A DNA stretch of 36,878 bases from an uncultured Gammaproteobacteria bacterium. Lineage in GTDB: Bacteria > Patescibacteriota > Microgenomatia > Levybacterales > UBA12049. Where the stretch lies: positions 1 to 36,878 of the forward strand of contig CAZUZF010000003.1 of the NCBI GenBank assembly GCA_964624955.1, given 5' to 3'. A program made the position numbers and the translations under genes. Shown here piece after piece: positions 9,758-17,777 of the stretch. The notes beneath the pieces were generated by a model. The model saw only the letters and a list, made by a program, of their open reading frames with translations. It was not told where the DNA came from and did not search any database. Position 1 is the stretch's first letter. Every line of letters starts with the position of its first letter.

Positions 9758-10390
9758 ATGGATGATAAATATAAACTTGCTATTGACCCTTCCGATCCCA
9801 ACTTTCCCAAAATGATTAAGACAACAGAAATTCCTGGTCTTTTAATTTATCAAAGAGAAGTATTTGAAGATAATCGCGGTTTTTTTCATGAAATTGTAGA
9901 GCTTAGGGATTTGGAAAAAGTTTTAGGTAAAAATATAAATGTGGTGCAAAGCAACCATGCAAGATCTAAGCCTAATGTTATACGGGGATTTCATAGTGAG
10001 CCTTGGGAAAAAATTATTTATGTGGCAAAAGGGCAAGTTATGGCGGCAGTTGTAGATTTTAGAATAGATTCTCCTGCTTTTGGAAAAGCAGTAAAAATTA
10101 ACTTAGGGGACGACAATAGAAATACAGTCTATTTACCTTTGGGGATGGGAAATTCATTTTGTGTAACTGGAACTGACGATGCAGAATACTTCTATATGAT
10201 TACTAATTACTTTGAGGGAAAACCAACGCCAGCTGTATCATATAATGATCCAGTGATTACAAAACAATTTGGAGGATGGCCTATACAAAATCCAATAGTA
10301 AGTGAAAAAGACCAAAGCTACCCAACTCTTAAAGAAAAATTTGGGAGTTTGGTTGACTTTTCAAAATTCCCCTGGTTAAGGCAAGAATAA
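9758..10390 (+). CDS. rfbC: dTDP-4-dehydrorhamnose 3,5-epimerase family protein (cupin)
   Basis: 210 aa with DNRGFFHE and RGFHSEPWEKIIYV, the RmlC variant seen in actinobacterial-type enzymes. It is divergent from rfbB. Confidence 0.8.
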   Translation: MDDKYKLAIDPSDPNFPKMIKTTEIPGLLIYQREVFEDNRGFFHEIVELRDLEKVLGKNINVVQSNHARSKPNVIRGFHSEPWEKIIYVAKGQVMAAVVDFRIDSPAFGKAVKINLGDDNRNTVYLPLGMGNSFCVTGTDDAEYFYMITNYFEGKPTPAVSYNDPVITKQFGGWPIQNPIVSEKDQSYPTLKEKFGSLVDFSKFPWLRQE

Positions 10391-10396
10391 GCTTAC

Positions 10397-11338
10397 TCAA
10401 GTTACTTTTATACTTGCTATTGCTTTATTTTCCAAAAAACCAATTGTTTTATCAATTAACCAGTATAGGAAAAATGGATATTTGTTTTTATAATTTTTTC
10501 TATAAAATATCCTCATGGCATTAAAACGCTCCCTTTGCAGCATTTTTTTAGTTTCAATATTTGCGGTTGTAATTTCCTGTGATTGTTGTTTTATTCCGCT
10601 TGCCGCACCGCCTATGTGCATAATTGACTTTTGGCCAATGTAGTATATTTTGTAACCAAGTTTTTTTATGTTCATACAAAATTGCAAATCTTCACCGTAG
10701 AAAAAATAATCTTCATCCCACCAACCAACTTTCTCACCAATGCTTTTGGGAACAATCATAAAAGCTCCCTCTATTGCATCTACTTCATGTGTTGTATTTA
10801 AATCTTTCCATCCCAATGTGTAGCCTGCAAATATCTTACTTTTAGGAAAAATTCTTTGTAGTCCTGAAAAATAGCAAAATGCATTCCAGAGAATTGGAAA
10901 TCCCCTGTGGCAATTAAAATCAAGGTTGCCATCTTTGTTAATTAACTTACATGACGAAGCTCCAGCGTCTTTGTGGGAATCCATGAAATCTATCATGTAA
11001 TTTAACACATGCTTATAAACAATAGTGTCTGGATTTAAAAATAAAATATATCTTCCTTTTGCATAAGGAATACCCTTATTATTTCCTTTTGAAAAACCTA
11101 AATTACCTCCGTTATCTATAATATGAAATGTTTTTATTTTTGTTTTATTTTTATATTGTTTAAAATACTTAAAAGTTCCATCAGTTGAGCCGTTATCCGC
11201 CACGATTACTTCATAGCTTCCAGATGCAACCAAATCAGGGTAATTTTCTTCTATTGATCTGACAGCATCAAAAGTAATGTCTTTTGTGTTATAGGTCAAA
11301 ATTATTATTGATAAATCTGTTCTTTGGTTTTGTGCCAT
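10397..11338 (-). CDS. Family 2 glycosyltransferase (rhamnosyltransferase-like)
   Basis: 313 aa with LSIIILTYNTKD, VADNGSTDGT, NLGFSKGNN, LFLNPDT and a YGEDLQFC (ED) motif. Confidence 0.8.
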   Translation of the reverse strand: MAQNQRTDLSIIILTYNTKDITFDAVRSIEENYPDLVASGSYEVIVADNGSTDGTFKYFKQYKNKTKIKTFHIIDNGGNLGFSKGNNKGIPYAKGRYILFLNPDTIVYKHVLNYMIDFMDSHKDAGASSCKLINKDGNLDFNCHRGFPILWNAFCYFSGLQRIFPKSKIFAGYTLGWKDLNTTHEVDAIEGAFMIVPKSIGEKVGWWDEDYFFYGEDLQFCMNIKKLGYKIYYIGQKSIMHIGGAASGIKQQSQEITTANIETKKMLQRERFNAMRIFYRKNYKNKYPFFLYWLIDKTIGFLENKAIASIKVT

Positions 11339-11347
11339 ATCTTTTTA

Positions 11348-12232
11348 CTACCTAATAGCCTCTAAAGCTTCTCTATAAGTTTGTTTTAAATATTGGTTTT
11401 TAAAAATAGTACCAATTAGAATAAGAAGATATGCTTTTGAAACCATTATTAGTTTTAGAAAAAAATATTCTAATCTAGTTTTATGTTTTCTATAAAAATA
11501 CAAAAGGTTTTTATAAATATTAACAATTGCAAAAGTTCGATTGGTACTTCCGTGTTCGGCGTGCAAGACATAGGTAAAGGGATAAAAATACGCTTGGTAT
11601 CCTTTAAGCTTTGCCCTGTAACAAAGCTCCATATCCTCTGTATACATAAAGATTTTTTCATCAAATCCCTTAAGACGCTCGAATATGTCTTTTTTTATCA
11701 TCAAAAGTCCTCCCTTTACCCAATCAACTTTAACTATTTGCTTTGGACTTTTATCTAAAAGCCCAAGTCTTTGAAATCCCAATAAAAGCATTAATACCTT
11801 AGGGAGATTATAAAAGCTGCCTGCAGACGGCTGCATTGATCCATCCCTGTTTCGCAGTTGCCCTCCTAAAATAGATACATGTGGATTATCTTCTAAATAT
11901 CTTGCCATCTTTAATACTCCCGCATCCTTGACAACCGTATCGTTGTTTAAAAATAACATGTAATCTCCACTTGCTTTAGATTCTCCAAGATTACATCCTT
12001 TGCCAAAGCCTAGATTAATATTACTTTCAACCAGTTTAATATTTTTATATTTTTTTCTTTTAATGTGGTTTCCTATCTTTTTAATGTCTTTTTCTCCTGA
12101 AGCGTTATCAACAATAATAAGTTCTATTTTGTCTTTTTCAAACTCTTCTCTAAATTGTTGGTATAAAGAATCCATACATAAAACTGTTAGATTTTCCTTT
12201 TTATAATTTATGGTAACTATTGAGATAAGCAT
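11348..12232 (-). CDS. Family 2 glycosyltransferase
   Basis: 294 aa with ISIVTINYKK, VDNASGE, NLGFGKGCN, LFLNNDT and a YTEDMELC motif. Confidence 0.8.
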   Translation of the reverse strand: MLISIVTINYKKENLTVLCMDSLYQQFREEFEKDKIELIIVDNASGEKDIKKIGNHIKRKKYKNIKLVESNINLGFGKGCNLGESKASGDYMLFLNNDTVVKDAGVLKMARYLEDNPHVSILGGQLRNRDGSMQPSAGSFYNLPKVLMLLLGFQRLGLLDKSPKQIVKVDWVKGGLLMIKKDIFERLKGFDEKIFMYTEDMELCYRAKLKGYQAYFYPFTYVLHAEHGSTNRTFAIVNIYKNLLYFYRKHKTRLEYFFLKLIMVSKAYLLILIGTIFKNQYLKQTYREALEAIR

Positions 12233-12499
12233 TTACATTCCTCCCAAGAATATGAAAAATATTATTGAAAGACCTAGCAGGCCTATTAACAAATATTCAA
12301 TTGCTATTTTTCTGGTTAATTCGTGATTGAGCTTGTGATGTAAAAGACCCCAGCATACGTATAAAACTACCGTTATAATAATTATTAAAACTTGAAGATT
12401 TAAATCTGGAGAAGCAAAAGCAGTAGCCAAAACCCCAGCGCTAAAAATTATCAAAATCAGTAAATAATAGTTTAAATGTTTTACAAATTTTTTAATCAT
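12233..12499 (-). CDS. Small integral membrane protein (3 predicted TM helices), unknown function
   Basis: 88-aa ORF packed between neighbouring genes with no gaps. Its hydrophobic segments fit membrane helices. Confidence 0.5.
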   Translation of the reverse strand: MIKKFVKHLNYYLLILIIFSAGVLATAFASPDLNLQVLIIIITVVLYVCWGLLHHKLNHELTRKIAIEYLLIGLLGLSIIFFIFLGGM

Positions 12500-13437
12500 T
12501 AAATTATATATCCTTTAATAATCACTAAAATTAGAGCCAAAATAAGACCAAGAAACATAATATGATCCAGATTATGCCCCACAAACCTTAAAATCTTCTT
12601 TCTTTCAATTATTATCATATCCAGTATAAAGACAAACATAAATATTGTTACGGCAATTCTTGCGATATTGGAAGAAAAATTTTGGGCATTAATAAGAGGT
12701 TTTATCTGCGTTGTCGGCTCCTTTGCAAAAGTTTGCATTTTTTCTTCTGAATTACTAGACGGAGTAGCTCTCTTTTCAGTTTGCTCATTTACAACAGGCG
12801 TTTGTTTAGGCCTTTCTACAGAGGCCTGGGCAACTTCGGCAATTCCTTGTTCTGGTTTTGTTGGTACTTTTGCAAGTGTAGTTGTTCCAAACATTTCTAC
12901 AACCAATACTGTTTCTTCTCCGTTTAAATTTCCCGTTAAAACAGCAAAGCCAACATTGGCATAATTTCCTGAAAGTATGTTTTGCTTATGCGAATCGCTT
13001 GCCATCCAGGCATTTACTACATCTGAAGAGTTTGTATACCCTCTTGCCAAGTTTTCCCCTGCGAAGGTGTAGTTATATCCAGCATTTCTTATAAATACCC
13101 AAGGGCTTGTTCCATCCGGAGAAATGTGCGCCCAATATCCTTTTGACAGCATATCGCTTCCTTTTCCTGCCGCTGCTTGATTTAATTTTTCATCCAAAGT
13201 TAAGGGTGGTAATCCATTCTCTTGTCTTTTTTGATTGGTTAAAACCAGTAATTGATCAATTGAGACATCTGAAGCAATACCCAAAACTTGTGGAAAATTA
13301 GTCTTTACAACAGACATTAAGATTCCGCCAGAGAAAAAGAAAATGATAAAGAGAAAAATAATTTTATGGTGCAAGACTTTAGGTCTATAATTATTTGAAG
13401 TTTGCGGGGTAAAGAAATGAGATAAAAGTTTGAGCAT
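12499..13437 (-). CDS. Membrane-anchored CAP/SCP (PR-1, YkwD-like) domain protein
   Basis: 312 aa. An N-terminal TM is followed by LTNQKRQENGLPPLTLDEKLNQAAAGKGSDM...HISPDG...GENLARGY...AWMASDSHKQNIL (CAP domain), a polar linker and C-terminal TM helices. Confidence 0.7.
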   Translation of the reverse strand: MLKLLSHFFTPQTSNNYRPKVLHHKIIFLFIIFFFSGGILMSVVKTNFPQVLGIASDVSIDQLLVLTNQKRQENGLPPLTLDEKLNQAAAGKGSDMLSKGYWAHISPDGTSPWVFIRNAGYNYTFAGENLARGYTNSSDVVNAWMASDSHKQNILSGNYANVGFAVLTGNLNGEETVLVVEMFGTTTLAKVPTKPEQGIAEVAQASVERPKQTPVVNEQTEKRATPSSNSEEKMQTFAKEPTTQIKPLINAQNFSSNIARIAVTIFMFVFILDMIIIERKKILRFVGHNLDHIMFLGLILALILVIIKGYII

Positions 13438-13440
13438 AAC

Positions 13441-13764
13441 TTAATTATATACTGGCTCTTCCAATTCTCCAACTTGTTTTCCATTTACTGGGATTTTAAG
13501 TAAAAAAGACAGGGCATTTGCAATCGAGATTCCAACCCTAAGGCCCGTAAAAGAACCTGGGCCTTTATTTACTTTTATTTCCGATAAGTCTTTTGGTTTA
13601 AGATTTTTTTGTTTTAGGACTTTTTCTATTAATGCCAAACAGGCTTGAGATTTTAAATTCTTTGAATATACTATAATTTCTTTAATTTCTTTTTTTCCAT
13701 TAATACTTAAGCCAATTTGTATTCTTTTATTATCTGATGTGTCTATGGTTAATACATTTGCCAT
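13441..13764 (-). CDS. tsaB: TsaB (YeaZ)-like protein, N-terminal half only
   Basis: 107 aa with LTIDTSD...IGL and GPGSFTGLRVGISIANAL, which match the TsaB N-terminal ASKHA subdomain. The next gene starts 4 nt after its stop, so there is no room for the C-terminal half. Confidence 0.65.
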   Translation of the reverse strand: MANVLTIDTSDNKRIQIGLSINGKKEIKEIIVYSKNLKSQACLALIEKVLKQKNLKPKDLSEIKVNKGPGSFTGLRVGISIANALSFLLKIPVNGKQVGELEEPVYN

Positions 13765-13766
13765 AT

Positions 13767-14348
13767 CTATATCTTAATATCTAAAGCGCCGTAACGCAAA
13801 ACTTTCCAGGGCTTTTGAGTACAATCGACAACTGTGGAGGCATTTTTTAAAGTACATTTCCCGTCTAGTACCAAATCAACCGATTGAACAATATATTTAT
13901 TCAGCATATTTTTTGAGTAAGGAGTTTGTTCACCATGTATATTGGCAGAGGGAGCTAAAATGGGAACACCAACTTTCTCAATAACCTCTAATATTTGATT
14001 ATATTGGGGCATTCTTATACCAACAGTTTCTCCTCCGCCCCTCACCAGATCTGGAACTAGACTTTTATTTGCGGCTAAAACAATTGTTAATGCCCCAGGC
14101 CAATATCTACTGATTAGTTTTTCCTCAACCTCTTGTGTGTCAGCCTCCCAATATTTTTTTGCCATTTGTAAACTTGATACCAAAACAGGAGCTGCCATAT
14201 TGGTTGGTCTTTTTCTTATTTGAAATAGTCTCTCAATGGCTTTTTGGCTATCAATCCTGCAGCCAATTCCAAAAGCCGTATCGGTTGGAAAAACTATTAT
14301 TCCACCTTTATTTAGTATCTTTACCGCCCGATCAATTTTACTATTCAT
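13767..14348 (-). CDS. tsaC: L-threonylcarbamoyladenylate synthase (YrdC/Sua5 family, single domain)
   Basis: 193 aa with GGIIVFPTDTAFGIGC, RPTNMAAPVLV, PGALT and APSAN motifs. Confidence 0.85.
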   Translation of the reverse strand: MNSKIDRAVKILNKGGIIVFPTDTAFGIGCRIDSQKAIERLFQIRKRPTNMAAPVLVSSLQMAKKYWEADTQEVEEKLISRYWPGALTIVLAANKSLVPDLVRGGGETVGIRMPQYNQILEVIEKVGVPILAPSANIHGEQTPYSKNMLNKYIVQSVDLVLDGKCTLKNASTVVDCTQKPWKVLRYGALDIKI

Positions 14349-14773
14349 GATTTTTTGATTACTATTTTCCTTGTGGTTTCATTTATGTATTCAAATTGTA
14401 AATCAATTCGTTTTGAAGGCATTAAATCAAAAAGCTTTTCAGCCCATTCAATTGCAGTGATATTTTCATCATCTTTTAAAATTTCATCTATCCCAATGCC
14501 TTGCAGATCATAAATTGTTTGAATTCTATAAAGATCTATATGATAGAGGTTTAAATCGCCAATCTCATATCGCCTTGCAATTATAAAGGTTGGGGAAATT
14601 ATTCTTTGCGTAATACCAAGGCCTTTTGCAAGTCCTTGCACAAAGCTTGTTTTACCACTTCCCAAATTTCCGTAAAGGCAAAGTATGTCTCCTTTTTTGA
14701 GAGCTTTGGCAAAATCAGATGCAAATCTTTGGGTTTGTTTTAGGTTATTGGATATAATAGTTTTAGATTCCAT
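14345..14773 (-). CDS. tsaE: tRNA t6A biosynthesis ATPase TsaE (YjeE)
   Basis: 142 aa with Walker A GNLGSGKTSFVQGLAKGLG, SPTFII, HIDLYR and IEW. Confidence 0.85.
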   Translation of the reverse strand: MESKTIISNNLKQTQRFASDFAKALKKGDILCLYGNLGSGKTSFVQGLAKGLGITQRIISPTFIIARRYEIGDLNLYHIDLYRIQTIYDLQGIGIDEILKDDENITAIEWAEKLFDLMPSKRIDLQFEYINETTRKIVIKKS

Positions 14774-15653
14774 TTGTTTTTGTCTTTAAAAAGTTTCTAT
14801 ATGATAAGGCAACTACTATACCACAAAGAGAAAGAAAAAGTACTCCCAAAGATATAAAAACAACTCCAATTACATTGCTTTTTTGTTTGTTTGGAACGCT
14901 AGCTTTTGTTTGGTCTTTACTGTCACCATTTGTATTTTCTAAGCTATCATTACTTTGAGAGATACCTAAAACATTTGCTTGAACTGTTGGAGTAATAGTT
15001 GATGTAAGTGTTGGTGTTGGGGTTTTGGTAGGACTTGGAAGAGGAGTTAGTGTTGCAGTTGGTTTTGTGGTTGGGGTAGGCGTTGGAGATTTTGTTGGCG
15101 TTGGTGAATTAGTAGGTGTATTTGTAGGTTGTGGCGTTGGTGTTAAGGTAGGCGAAGGCGAGGGCGTTGGCGCATTTAAGGTAATAGTAAGAGTATTGGA
15201 GTCTCCGCTTGTAGGACTTGTGCTATTTCCAGTAAATCTTCTAAACCTTATTGTATACTGACCAGGTCCTATGTAATTTGAGTTTTCTGGATTGTTTTTG
15301 GCCTTTAGCTTTCCAAACCATGCACCTGATACTGGAATAAAATTGAATAATTTAGTTTTAATCTCTTCAGTCGAAGAGGGAGAACTAAAATAATCAACAT
15401 ATTCCCCAGAATTATTGTATGTATAACCAAAAAAATCCTTAGAATCATCTAAAACCTTAAGCTCTGCTTGTAGGTAACAACCAGAGGTTGAACAGCTAGA
15501 AATTATCAAGCCTGAAATCTCAGCATCAACTTCTATCTCATCGTTTCCCGTAATTGTAGGATTAGATATTGTAAAGGTAATTGCGGCAAAAGCAGATTTG
15601 GGAAATATGCTAGATAATAATAAAAAAGCAATTAAAAATATTATTGCTCTCAT
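14763..15653 (-). CDS. Secreted, C-terminally membrane-anchored surface protein with a Pro/Thr-rich stalk
   Basis: 296 aa. It has a signal peptide MRAIIFLIAFLLLSSIFPKSAFA/A, a beta-rich domain of about 135 aa, a PT-rich linker of about 64 aa and a C-terminal TM VIGVVFISLGVLFLSLCGIVVAL followed by basic residues. There is no LPXTG motif. Confidence 0.7.
   Translation of the reverse strand: MRAIIFLIAFLLLSSIFPKSAFAAITFTISNPTITGNDEIEVDAEISGLIISSCSTSGCYLQAELKVLDDSKDFFGYTYNNSGEYVDYFSSPSSTEEIKTKLFNFIPVSGAWFGKLKAKNNPENSNYIGPGQYTIRFRRFTGNSTSPTSGDSNTLTITLNAPTPSPSPTLTPTPQPTNTPTNSPTPTKSPTPTPTTKPTATLTPLPSPTKTPTPTLTSTITPTVQANVLGISQSNDSLENTNGDSKDQTKASVPNKQKSNVIGVVFISLGVLFLSLCGIVVALSYRNFLKTKTNGI
14982..15173 (-). 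repeat. Low-complexity coding repeat encoding (P-T/S)n, APTPSPSPTLTPTPQPTNTPTNSPTPTKSPTPTPTTKPTATLTPLPSPTKTPTPTLTSTITPT
   Basis: Imperfect ggtgttgg/ggcgttgg-type reiteration on the plus strand. It creates a spurious 78-aa G/V-rich plus-strand ORF (15025-15261). Confidence 0.85.
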
Positions 15654-15675
15654 TTAATAAATTCTTATTTTAAAA

Positions 15676-16914
15676 TCAATTAGGTATCGTATGAAGATAC
15701 CAGGTTGTAAGTCCTCCATCGTGTATAACTTTTGCATAATAGAGCTTTCCATTCCTGCAGTTATAAGATCCGCCATATAATTTTCCAGATTTGATTGTTT
15801 TAACTGTAGCTGAAGATGAATCCATATCAATACCAGTATGCACTCCCCCTGAATAAAAGTTTTTGGCAAAACTGTGTGATCCGTAAGCTTGGTTTATTAT
15901 AATAGGCTCATTTAAAGGCCAAGGAAGCTCACCTGTTGGATTTATTGTTCCATAAACGCTATAACTATCAGGAGAGTAAGAATAGGAGAAACTCACTCCT
16001 CCCTTTAAATAATTATTTGGATCTTGGACTGATCCGTCTTTTTGTATTTCAAAATGTAAATGAGCTCCTGTAGAACAACCAGGGCTTACGCCGTATGAAG
16101 CTATTGTGCCAATAGAATCCCCTTGATTAACATCTCTCATATAAGAATCTACTCCCCCTCCAAAAACAATCGCCCTTTCAGCTTGCGCTTGCTCTAAAAG
16201 TCTTTGATATCTTGCTTCATCATTTTTTGTTACTTCAAGCAAAGCTTGCTTATTTTTTTTGTCCTGTGCAAGCTGGTTGGTATACTGTTCTAACTGAATT
16301 TTTAATGCTTCTACCTTAGCCTTTTTTTCTTCAAATATTTCTTTTTGATTTGCATAGTCTACTTTTGCCTGCTGTGTTTGGTAGATGAGTTGTTTGTCAT
16401 GAGCCTGGGCTCTTTTTAAATAATTAAGCCTTGATAAAAAATCAGAAGCATCTGAAGATGTAAGAAGAATCTGCAATGGTTGTATTGTTCCCACTTCATA
16501 GGTTGCAACCACCCTGTTAATTAAAACTTCAACCAGTTCATTTAAAGATTTTTCAAGGCCTGATATTTTTTTGGTAGCTGTATCAATGTCTAATGTGATA
16601 TCGGTTATTTGCTCCTGGGTAGACGCTATTTGATATTCAGTTAATTTTATCTGATTATCTATTACGCCAATTTGGGAAGAAAGAGTTTTTTTCTCTCCTT
16701 CTTTTTCACTTATTTTATTCTTAAGGTATTCTACGCATTGATCATTGTTTAATTTTTGTTCTGCGCATTCAGGAATGGTTGCTGCAGTTGATGATGAAGG
16801 GATGGGAGTTGGCGTTGTTTCAGCAAGAGAATAAGCGCTAGAAAAAATTAGGACCAAAAGACAAATTGAAAATATGAATAGTTTTTTTAAAAGATTCATA
16901 GAACATAAATTCAT
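15676..16914 (-). CDS. Secreted coiled-coil M23 (LytM-type) metallopeptidase, EnvC/PcsB-like position after ftsEX, with inverted catalytic-motif order
   Basis: 412 aa with a signal peptide and a heptad-rich region of about 200 aa. GCSTGAHLHFEI (HxH) lies at aa 279-290 and GGVHTGIDMD (HxxxD) at aa 356-364, and the protein ends ...WYLHTIPN. It overlaps ftsX by 4 nt. Confidence 0.8.
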   Translation of the reverse strand: MNLCSMNLLKKLFIFSICLLVLIFSSAYSLAETTPTPIPSSSTAATIPECAEQKLNNDQCVEYLKNKISEKEGEKKTLSSQIGVIDNQIKLTEYQIASTQEQITDITLDIDTATKKISGLEKSLNELVEVLINRVVATYEVGTIQPLQILLTSSDASDFLSRLNYLKRAQAHDKQLIYQTQQAKVDYANQKEIFEEKKAKVEALKIQLEQYTNQLAQDKKNKQALLEVTKNDEARYQRLLEQAQAERAIVFGGGVDSYMRDVNQGDSIGTIASYGVSPGCSTGAHLHFEIQKDGSVQDPNNYLKGGVSFSYSYSPDSYSVYGTINPTGELPWPLNEPIIINQAYGSHSFAKNFYSGGVHTGIDMDSSSATVKTIKSGKLYGGSYNCRNGKLYYAKVIHDGGLTTWYLHTIPN

Positions 16915-17777
16915 TTAAGATATCTAAGTACAGCAAGAAAGCTTGAGATAATACCAAGAAGGGTTGCCAAAAGCAGTTCAAATCCTAAAAGTATTAGAAG
17001 ATCAATGTAAGGAACTGGAATAACCGGAATACCTTTTAGGAAAGATTCTAAAAATGGAGTCGCGTATAAAAGCGTTGCGGTTGAGATTGCCCAACCAATT
17101 GCAGCACCAATAACTCCATAAAATATGCCCTCAATGATAAAAGGCCATCTTATATACCAACTCGTTGCGCCAATTAAACGCATTATTTCTATGTCTTCTT
17201 TTTTGTGCGATATTTTTATACTAATTATTGTCACCATTATAAAAATGGAAACTAAAGAAAGAAGAACTATTAACGCAATTCCAATTTTTCTAACCGCATT
17301 TGTCCAGTTAGTTAATGCTGAAACTACATCTTTTTGATAGATTACTTCAGAGACAATTGGGGATTTTTTCAAAGCGTCTGAGATTTCTCCCAAATCTTCA
17401 ATTTCTACTGCGGAAATTTCAAATGAAGCTGGCAAAACATCTGCTGTAACTAAATCAAGTAGAAGTGGGTCATCCTTATTTTGCTCCCTGTAAATATTTA
17501 AGGCGTCTTCTTTGGAAACATATTTTATTGATGCTACTTTTCCGCTTTGGGAAAGCTGATTTTCCAAAGCGTTTATATCAGCTTGGGGTGCATCATTTTT
17601 GAAAAACGCGGTAACTTGTGGTTTTGATTCAAAAAAATTAATAATTTTAGATGAGCCTACTAATAAAAAAGTAAAGAAAGATACGACCAGAAAAGTTAAT
17701 GTCATTATTAAAATTGCAGCCAATGCCTGATACGGCGATCTTCTAATGTTTCTTGCAGCTGTACTTATATATTTCAT
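16911..17777 (-). CDS. ftsX: Cell-division ABC transporter permease FtsX
   Basis: 288 aa. The N terminus is AARNIRRSPYQALAAILIMTLTFLV, followed by a large extracytoplasmic loop and 3 C-terminal TMs. It follows ftsE with a 4-nt overlap. Confidence 0.85.
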   Translation of the reverse strand: MKYISTAARNIRRSPYQALAAILIMTLTFLVVSFFTFLLVGSSKIINFFESKPQVTAFFKNDAPQADINALENQLSQSGKVASIKYVSKEDALNIYREQNKDDPLLLDLVTADVLPASFEISAVEIEDLGEISDALKKSPIVSEVIYQKDVVSALTNWTNAVRKIGIALIVLLSLVSIFIMVTIISIKISHKKEDIEIMRLIGATSWYIRWPFIIEGIFYGVIGAAIGWAISTATLLYATPFLESFLKGIPVIPVPYIDLLILLGFELLLATLLGIISSFLAVLRYLK

